Source: an uncultured Gammaproteobacteria bacterium (GTDB lineage: Bacteria; Patescibacteriota; Microgenomatia; UBA8517). Taken from it: DNA of 64,000 bases. This document shows, piece by piece, positions 57,148 through 64,000 of the stretch. The position numbers and the translations under genes are program-made. Position 1 is the first letter of the stretch. The number at the start of each line of letters is the position of its first letter. The DNA is taken from contig OZ246419.1 in NCBI GenBank assembly GCA_965231135.1, positions 449,488-513,487 of the forward strand, read 5' to 3'. The notes under the pieces are model-generated. The model saw nothing but the letters and a program-made list of their open reading frames with translations, did not search any database and had not been told where the DNA came from.

Positions 57148-60072
57148 ATGGAAAACAATTCTAATGACTATATAAAAGTAAGAGGAGCTAGGCAGCATAA
57201 CTTGAAGAATGTTGATTTGGATATTCCAAAAAACAAACTGGTTGTGCTTACTGGAGTGTCTGGCTCTGGCAAATCTTCTTTCGCTTTTGACACAATTTAT
57301 GCTGAAGGGCAAAGGCGTTATGTTGAATCTCTCTCGAGTTATGCAAGGCAGTTTTTGGGAGTTATGGAGAAGCCTAATGTGGATTCTATTGAAGGGCTTT
57401 CGCCTGCAATTTCAATTGACCAAAAAACAACTTCACATAATCCAAGAAGCACTGTTGGTACAGTAACTGAAATTTATGATTACATGAGGCTTCTTTTTGC
57501 TCGCGTAGGCCACCCTCATTGCCCGATTTGCGGGAGAGAAATTTCTTCAATGAGCCTTGATCAAATTGTTGATGGAGCAATGAATTTGATAGGTGAGAGA
57601 AGTAGATTTTTAATTTTGTCGCCAATTGTAAAAGATAAAAAGGGAGAATATATTTCTCTTTTTGAAAACCTTAAATCAAAAGGATATGGACGAGCAAGAG
57701 TTGACGGACGAGTGCATGATTTGGAAGAGGATTTGGTTTTAATTAAAACCAATAAACATACTATTGATGCTGTGATTGATAGAATTTCTGTGAGCAAAAA
57801 AGAACTTAGGGATGAAGCATTCAAGAAAAACTTTAGAAATAGACTTGCTGACTCTATTCAAAAAGCTTTACTTCTTTCTGAAGGATTGGTTGTGGTTAGC
57901 GAAATAAACGACAAAGGATTTGAAATTCCTGAAACGCCTGCAGAAATGACAGATCATCTTTTTAGCGAAAAGTTTTCCTGCCCGATTGATAATATTTCTA
58001 TTCCTGAAATAGAACCCCGCACTTTTTCATTTAACACTCCTCACGGAGCATGCCCAACTTGTACAGGCTTGGGGAAAATACTTGAGGTACAACCTGGTTT
58101 AGTTTTTAGCGATGAATTAACAATAAGCGAAGGCGGAATACTTCCTTTTGGGCATATGTTTGATAATGATACCTGGACTGCGAGACTAATATTAACTTTT
58201 TGTGAGCAAAACGGAATTGATACGCATACTGCAACTAAGAATTTGGAGAAAAAAGATAAAGATCTTTTAATGAAAGGAACGGGAGAAAAGGAATATAAAG
58301 TTTATGGGACAAACAGGTTTGGACGCGAAACTTTTATTTTTGAAAAATTTGAAGGAATAAATAACGAACTTACAAAAAGATATAACACAACTGATTCCGA
58401 CGCAGTTCGCTCATCAATTGAAAGATTTATGAGAGAAGTTACTTGCCCTGTATGTAAAGGAAAAAGATTAAAACCTGAAGCTTTGTCTGTAACAATAGAT
58501 CAAAAATCAATTGCTGATGTCTGCGAGATGCCAATTAATGAAACTTTAAAATGGACTGACGAACTTGAGAAAGTTTTGTCTGAAAAAGAGAAAATTATTG
58601 GAAAAATTGTAATAAGGGAAATTGGAACAAGATTGCATTTTCTTGTAGATGTTGGATTAGATTATTTAACTTTATCGCGCTCTGCAAACACTCTTGCTGG
58701 AGGAGAAGCTCAAAGAATAAGACTTGCATCACAAGTTGGATCAGGACTCACTGGAGTTTTGTATGTTTTGGATGAGCCGACAATTGGGCTTCATTCCCGC
58801 GATAACGAAAGACTTATTAATACTTTAAAAAGATTAAAAGGACTTGGGAACACAGTTTTGGTTGTTGAGCATGATCGCGATATGATGATGGAGTCTGATT
58901 ATGTTGTCGATTTTGGCCCCGGAGCTGGAAAATTTGGAGGAAATGTAATTGCAAAAGGAACAGTAAAAGAAATAGAAAAAGATAAAAATTCTATAACTGG
59001 AAAATACTTAAGCGGAAAAAGAAAAATTAGACCGGAAATTCCCCCTTCTTCAACCCTGCGGGCTATAGCTAATAAACCTGGAAGTCTTGAAATTATTGGA
59101 GCGAGCCAATTTAATTTGAAAAATGTTGATGTGAGAATACCTCTTGGAAAATTGGTTGTTGTAACTGGAGTTTCAGGATCGGGTAAATCAACTCTTGTTG
59201 TGGATACTATTTATCATGCCGTCGCTCAACAGCTTAATAAATATCACAGAGAATCTCCTGGAGCATTCAAGAGAATTGAGGGACTTGATAATATCGATAA
59301 AGTGATTTTGATTGATCAATCGCCAATTGGACGGACTCCTCGCAGTAATCCTGCAACTTATACAAAAATGTTTGATTTAATTCGGGATGTCTTTGCTGCA
59401 ACGCGAGAAGCAAAACTTGCAGGATTTAAAAAGGGAAGATTTTCATTTAATACAAAGGGAGGACGCTGCGAAGCTTGCGAAGGGCAAGGACAAATAAAAA
59501 TAGAGATGCAATTTATGCCGGATATTTGGGTAAAGTGCGAAGTGTGTAACGGAAAAAGATATAACCAACAAACTCTTGAAGTGACTTATAAAGGAAAAAA
59601 TATTGCAGAAGTATTGGAAATGACGGTTTTACAAGCAAAAGAATTTTTTAATGCACATGAACCAATACTTCGAAAAATTGAAACTTTAATGGACGTCGGT
59701 CTTGATTATGTAGAGCTTGGACAACCGGCGACAACTCTTTCTGGAGGAGAGGCGCAAAGAGTAAAACTTTCAAGCGAACTTTCTAAAAAAGGAACTGGGC
59801 GAACGCTTTATGTTTTGGATGAGCCGACAACAGGGCTTCATTTTGCAGATTTGGAAAAACTTTTAACAGTACTTAAGATTCTGGCATCGCGAGGAAATAC
59901 AGTTTTAGTAATAGAACACAATTTAGATATTATAAAAAATGCTGATTGGGTGATTGATCTTGGGCCAGAAGGCGGAAGTGGAGGAGGAAAAATTGTTGCT
60001 GAGGGACTTCCGAAAGATATTGCTAATAATAAAAATTCCTGGACTGGAAAATTTTTGAAAAAAGAACTATAG
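57148..60072 (+). CDS. uvrA: Excinuclease ABC subunit A
   Basis: GARQHNLK, two GVSGSGKS Walker A motifs, Zn fingers, LSGGEAQR; alternative start 57127. Confidence 0.98.
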   Translation: MENNSNDYIKVRGARQHNLKNVDLDIPKNKLVVLTGVSGSGKSSFAFDTIYAEGQRRYVESLSSYARQFLGVMEKPNVDSIEGLSPAISIDQKTTSHNPRSTVGTVTEIYDYMRLLFARVGHPHCPICGREISSMSLDQIVDGAMNLIGERSRFLILSPIVKDKKGEYISLFENLKSKGYGRARVDGRVHDLEEDLVLIKTNKHTIDAVIDRISVSKKELRDEAFKKNFRNRLADSIQKALLLSEGLVVVSEINDKGFEIPETPAEMTDHLFSEKFSCPIDNISIPEIEPRTFSFNTPHGACPTCTGLGKILEVQPGLVFSDELTISEGGILPFGHMFDNDTWTARLILTFCEQNGIDTHTATKNLEKKDKDLLMKGTGEKEYKVYGTNRFGRETFIFEKFEGINNELTKRYNTTDSDAVRSSIERFMREVTCPVCKGKRLKPEALSVTIDQKSIADVCEMPINETLKWTDELEKVLSEKEKIIGKIVIREIGTRLHFLVDVGLDYLTLSRSANTLAGGEAQRIRLASQVGSGLTGVLYVLDEPTIGLHSRDNERLINTLKRLKGLGNTVLVVEHDRDMMMESDYVVDFGPGAGKFGGNVIAKGTVKEIEKDKNSITGKYLSGKRKIRPEIPPSSTLRAIANKPGSLEIIGASQFNLKNVDVRIPLGKLVVVTGVSGSGKSTLVVDTIYHAVAQQLNKYHRESPGAFKRIEGLDNIDKVILIDQSPIGRTPRSNPATYTKMFDLIRDVFAATREAKLAGFKKGRFSFNTKGGRCEACEGQGQIKIEMQFMPDIWVKCEVCNGKRYNQQTLEVTYKGKNIAEVLEMTVLQAKEFFNAHEPILRKIETLMDVGLDYVELGQPATTLSGGEAQRVKLSSELSKKGTGRTLYVLDEPTTGLHFADLEKLLTVLKILASRGNTVLVIEHNLDIIKNADWVIDLGPEGGSGGGKIVAEGLPKDIANNKNSWTGKFLKKEL

Positions 60073-60092
60073 GAGAGTATACTAAAGACAAA

Positions 60093-60476
60093 ATGTCATC
60101 TTGTGAAAAATTTTGCTTAGAAATTGATGATTTGTATCAGCCTTTTGATTGGAAAGGAAATAATATAGATGTTATGTGCCTTTGTCACCATGGAATTGGC
60201 CGAAGTTGGGGGATGTCAGACTATTTAACTTCTAAGGGGATACCATCTAGTTTTCTTGAAGGGGGTTTGCAGATAGTTGGAAAACAAGAAGATGGTATGC
60301 GTAGGAAAGTTTTAGATAACTTGAGTTTTGCTCCTGAAATTTTAGTACTTCTTGATCAATATGAAATTAGTATATTTCACAGCCTTTTATCTAAACTTGA
60401 TTCTAAAAGGTATAAACCGGTGAAATATGCTGATTTTGAAACATCAACAGATGATGTGCTTTCTTACTTTAGATAA
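60093..60476 (+). CDS. Rhodanese-like protein with CX5R loop (orphan-type)
   Basis: VMCLCHHGIGRS...YL..KG....LEGG. Confidence 0.6.
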   Translation: MSSCEKFCLEIDDLYQPFDWKGNNIDVMCLCHHGIGRSWGMSDYLTSKGIPSSFLEGGLQIVGKQEDGMRRKVLDNLSFAPEILVLLDQYEISIFHSLLSKLDSKRYKPVKYADFETSTDDVLSYFR

Positions 60477-60477
60477 A

Positions 60478-61266
60478 CTAACTTTTTATTTTTGCATGAT
60501 ATTCTGCGTACATATCTTCTGGTTTTCTGAAATGATGAGAATTACTGTTGCCGAGTAAATTTATCCTTGATTCTGTTGAATATATGTCTGCTTTTACCAA
60601 CCAAATGTTTGTTAATAAACATACAGCTAGGTAGTTTCTAACATGGCTTGTAGCTGGACAAGTGATTATGCCGTGTTCAGATTCAACAAAGTCACTTTTA
60701 GTGAACCAGATTTGGATTGTTTTTTCGATTTGATCTCTAGTTTGTGTTTTTTCTTCTGATTTAAATATTTCCCTTGTTATGTCTTGAAGTTTACCGCCGA
60801 ACGTACTGAAGATTCCAAATTCGGAAATTAATGCTAGCCATCCTTTTGAGAAATCTTTTTCTGTAATTGTCTCATTTGATAATAATTTCAAATTTTTTGA
60901 GTATCTAATGTTATGGAGCATAAACCATAAATCTGAAAAGAAGTAATATTCGTTTTCTTTATATATTTCTTCTATAACTTGGGGGTTAAACTTTTGATTT
61001 AAATTTCCTTGATCACTTGTAAACTGTGGTAATAAATTTGCGGATAAAATCTTATTCCACATTATTTTATCTTCTTCGTCTTCAAATATTGGATTAATAT
61101 TGTATAAGTTCTGAGATTTTTCACAGTAACTAAATATTGTTTGTTCAATGGCGTATCGACTCTGTAACAGGACTTTCATGGCTTCTGCTATATAGTCAGG
61201 TTCATAGTGACTTTTATACTCCGGTCCGATATATTTCCGAGCCATCCATGTTTTGTATTCACCCAT
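60478..61266 (-). CDS. Hypothetical protein (orphan, 262 aa)
   Basis: TATAAT seven nt before ATG. Confidence 0.75.
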   Translation of the reverse strand: MGEYKTWMARKYIGPEYKSHYEPDYIAEAMKVLLQSRYAIEQTIFSYCEKSQNLYNINPIFEDEEDKIMWNKILSANLLPQFTSDQGNLNQKFNPQVIEEIYKENEYYFFSDLWFMLHNIRYSKNLKLLSNETITEKDFSKGWLALISEFGIFSTFGGKLQDITREIFKSEEKTQTRDQIEKTIQIWFTKSDFVESEHGIITCPATSHVRNYLAVCLLTNIWLVKADIYSTESRINLLGNSNSHHFRKPEDMYAEYHAKIKS

Positions 61267-61330
61267 AAACTTTATTATACTATAAGTTATTAAGACTTCT
61301 AAGTTTCATTAATTTCAGTTAAAATAGTTT

Positions 61331-63115
61331 GTGGCTAGCCAGTTTATTTCCAACTCAAACGTTACTTATGATATTGCTTCTGACGGAACTACAACTGTAA
61401 GCCATGATATTACATTAGAAAACGTAACTTCTGATTTTTATGCAACTTCTTATACTTTATCTTTAAGCGGAATTACTCCAATAAATCCTGTTGCAAGCGA
61501 ATCTGGACAAAACTTGCCAGTGAAAATTACACAATCAAACGGAACAACAAACCTTGAAGTTGATTTTCCTGACGCTGTTGTTGGGCAAGGACAGAAACGC
61601 GAATTTGTTATTAGTTTTCAGGATAAAACTCTTGTAAATAAAAATGGAGAAATCTGGGAAATAACAACGCCACGCTTGGGAGACGCTACAAGCTTTGATG
61701 GATACTCAACAACTTTAAAAGTTCCAGATGTTTTTGGAAATTTGGCGTATATTTCACCTAACCCGACAAACAAATCAGCCGACAAAAATCAAAATGTTTA
61801 TAATTTTGACAAAAATGCATCATTAAAGACAACAATTACTGCTGCATTTGGAAATTTTCAGGTTTTTTCTTTTAATTTAACTTATCATCTTGAAAACCCA
61901 CTTAATCAAACTGCAACGACAACTATTGCACTTCCACCAGATACGAATTATCAAAAAATAAATTTGGTAAGCATTGATCCGAGACCTTTAAAAATTGATA
62001 TCGATACGGACGGAAACTGGATTGCAACTTATGAATTGAAACCTCAACAAAAAGTTGATGTAAAAGCAACTGGAGCTGTGCAGCTTTTTGCAAACGCACA
62101 AACTAATCCGAAACCAGATTATACAAAAGTAACTTCTGATTTAGGCGCAACTGATTTATGGCAAGTTAATGATCTGAAAATTCAGACTCTTGCAAAGCAA
62201 CTTAAAACTCCGCAGGCAATTTATAATTATGTGACGACGCATTTGTCTTATGATTATGCGAGAGTTGCCCCAAACGTACAAAGATTGGGAGCTGTTGGAG
62301 CTTTAAATAATCCTACACAAGCAATTTGTACAGAGTTTACGGATCTTTTTGTGGCACTTGCTAGAGCTGCTGGAATTCCTGCAAGAGAAATTGAAGGATA
62401 TGCATATACTGAAAATCCCCAGATTCAACCACTTAGCTTGGTTGCGGATGTACTTCATGCATGGCCTGAATATTGGGATGACAAAACTCAAGCTTGGATA
62501 CCTGTCGACCCGACTTGGGGCTCGACTTCTGGAATAGATTATTTTAATAAATTGGATTTGAGGCACTTTGCTTTTGTAATTCATGGAGAAGATGACAAAA
62601 AACCCTATCCAGCTGGAAGCTATAAGCTTGGGACAAATCCGCAGAAAGATGTTGATGTGCAGTTTGGAAGTTTGCCGGCGAATAGAATTAGTAAATTAAG
62701 TATTACAAGAACTGTAACAAGCCAGTTGCCTTTTAGTGATGAAATAGTTGATGTGAAATTGGCAAATAGCGGACCAGTTGCCATTTACGATGCAGATTTT
62801 GGAGTAAGTTTTGACAATAAACTTCAGCCGAAACAAAATATAATTTCTATAATTCCACCCTACGGATATTATGAAACAAATGTTGATATTCCATACAGCT
62901 TTTTGGGCCAGAAAACTCCAGAAAAAATAGATTTATCGGTAAATGGAAATAATTTGAGCGAATTTACTTCTTATAAAGTATTTGTGACACTTTCTAATTT
63001 GCTTTTAATGTGTTTGGTCGTTTTTGCATTAGTCTTTATGATATATTTAGCATTTAGAGATGCAAAAGCCAAAAAACATTCCGGAGAATCCGGGAGTCTA
63101 CCAGTTCAAAAGTAA
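61331..63115 (+). CDS. Transglutaminase-like domain protein with C-terminal TM anchor
   Basis: ICTEFTDLF...GIPAR, HAWPEY, VDPTWG (Cys-His-Asp). Confidence 0.88.
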   Translation: MASQFISNSNVTYDIASDGTTTVSHDITLENVTSDFYATSYTLSLSGITPINPVASESGQNLPVKITQSNGTTNLEVDFPDAVVGQGQKREFVISFQDKTLVNKNGEIWEITTPRLGDATSFDGYSTTLKVPDVFGNLAYISPNPTNKSADKNQNVYNFDKNASLKTTITAAFGNFQVFSFNLTYHLENPLNQTATTTIALPPDTNYQKINLVSIDPRPLKIDIDTDGNWIATYELKPQQKVDVKATGAVQLFANAQTNPKPDYTKVTSDLGATDLWQVNDLKIQTLAKQLKTPQAIYNYVTTHLSYDYARVAPNVQRLGAVGALNNPTQAICTEFTDLFVALARAAGIPAREIEGYAYTENPQIQPLSLVADVLHAWPEYWDDKTQAWIPVDPTWGSTSGIDYFNKLDLRHFAFVIHGEDDKKPYPAGSYKLGTNPQKDVDVQFGSLPANRISKLSITRTVTSQLPFSDEIVDVKLANSGPVAIYDADFGVSFDNKLQPKQNIISIIPPYGYYETNVDIPYSFLGQKTPEKIDLSVNGNNLSEFTSYKVFVTLSNLLLMCLVVFALVFMIYLAFRDAKAKKHSGESGSLPVQK

Positions 63116-64000
63116 CGGGCAAATTATTTATGTCGGAAAAGCGAAGAATTTAAAGAATCGCCTCGGCTCTTATTTTTCTAATGATTTACTTCCAAAGACC
63201 CGCCAAATGGTTGCCACAGCTGATAGTGTTTCCTGGATTATTGTTGATAGCGAGCTGGAAGCACTTCTTCTTGAAGCGAATTTGGTTAAAAAATATCAAC
63301 CGAAATATAACATTGAGCTTAAAGATGATAAATCCCCGCTTTATATTGGAATAACGAAAGAAAAATACCCGCGAATTGTAATTTTTAGAAAAACTGATAA
63401 AGAAAAATTTAAACTAAAGGAAGAATTCGGGCCATATTTGAGCGGAATTACTGTACGCACACTTATGCGAAGAATAAGGAGAGTATTCCCATTTTCAACA
63501 CACGAGCCAATGAAGAGGATTTGTATTTACAAACAAATTGGGCTTTGTGATCCTTGCCCTTCTGAAATTGGAAATAATTTAGAACTTCGCAAAAAATATT
63601 TAAGAAATGTTCGAGGCGTCAAAAATATTTTGAGCGGGAAACTTGGATTTATAGAAAAAGATTTGGAAAAAGAAATAAAAGAATATGCTAAGGAAGAGAA
63701 ATTTGAAGAAGCACAAAAGGTAACTAACCAATTAAATGCATTTCGCAAGATGATTATACAAAGTGATGTACAAGAATATTTAACAACTCCTAATTTGATT
63801 GAAGATATAAGACAAAAAGAAATGGACGAACTTAAAAAACAGCTCTCCAAATATTATCCTGGTCTAAATAATTTAGAGCGAATTGAATGTTTTGATATTG
63901 CACATCTTGCTGGAAGTTTTCCGACTGCTTCGATGGTTGTGCTTATAAATGGAGAGGTAGAGAAAAAATATTACAGACATTTTAAAGTAAACCAAAGAAA
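63060..64000 (+). CDS. uvrC: Excinuclease ABC subunit C (runs off the window; absent from the ORF track)
   Basis: Hand-translated MQKPKNIPENPGVYQF...IIYVGKAKNLKNRL.SYF; ALLLEANLVKKYQPKYNI; RIECFDIAH. Confidence 0.92.
   Translation, partial: MQKPKNIPENPGVYQFKSNGQIIYVGKAKNLKNRLGSYFSNDLLPKTRQMVATADSVSWIIVDSELEALLLEANLVKKYQPKYNIELKDDKSPLYIGITKEKYPRIVIFRKTDKEKFKLKEEFGPYLSGITVRTLMRRIRRVFPFSTHEPMKRICIYKQIGLCDPCPSEIGNNLELRKKYLRNVRGVKNILSGKLGFIEKDLEKEIKEYAKEEKFEEAQKVTNQLNAFRKMIIQSDVQEYLTTPNLIEDIRQKEMDELKKQLSKYYPGLNNLERIECFDIAHLAGSFPTASMVVLINGEVEKKYYRHFKVNQR

Noticed and set aside
696-63850. Many short antisense or alternate-frame ORFs in the track (e.g. 939-1229, 2359-2784, 11770-12201, 39198-39671, 63527-63850)
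   Set aside because: Shadows of well-supported genes; no motifs or start signals.
1-64000. Alternative genetic code (TGA recoding as in Gracilibacteria/SR1)
   Set aside because: TGA ends ftsZ, rplU, dnaE and uvrB at the expected positions.

Overview
AT-rich, compact bacterial chromosome segment (TGA used as stop, so code 11). Gene content and style point to a Patescibacteria/CPR genome, probably Microgenomates; this is an inference from gene content only. Housekeeping genes: ftsA (partial), ftsZ, ileS, rodA/ftsW, rplU, rpmA, parB, lepB, a frameshifted IMPDH/GMPR gene, msrA/B, a glycosylation cluster, oligoendopeptidase F, polX, lemA-htpX, a GAF histidine kinase with a receiver protein, gatCAB, dnaE, rplS, a DEDDh/GIY-YIG nuclease, ruvC, holA, PMM, PGI/PMI, ppsA, eno, dedA, lexA, uvrB, uvrA and uvrC (partial), plus four tRNAs. 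No rRNA, CRISPR array, transposase or integrase was seen. Four main signals are not explained by the annotation. (1) About 16 dispersed orphan-type genes all have an acidic residue (Glu in 14) at positions 3-5, which housekeeping proteins here almost never have, suggesting a shared N-terminal signal. (2) A tiny three-arm palindromic element with core TAAGC-(AA/AAA/AAATA)-GCTTG occurs in-frame in two genes, behind tRNA-Gly and in the ftsZ leader. (3) More than 20 genes have a -10 box 5-7 nt before the start codon (leaderless architecture). (4) An ultra-short-Stem-I translational T-box precedes a GIHH-type IleRS2.
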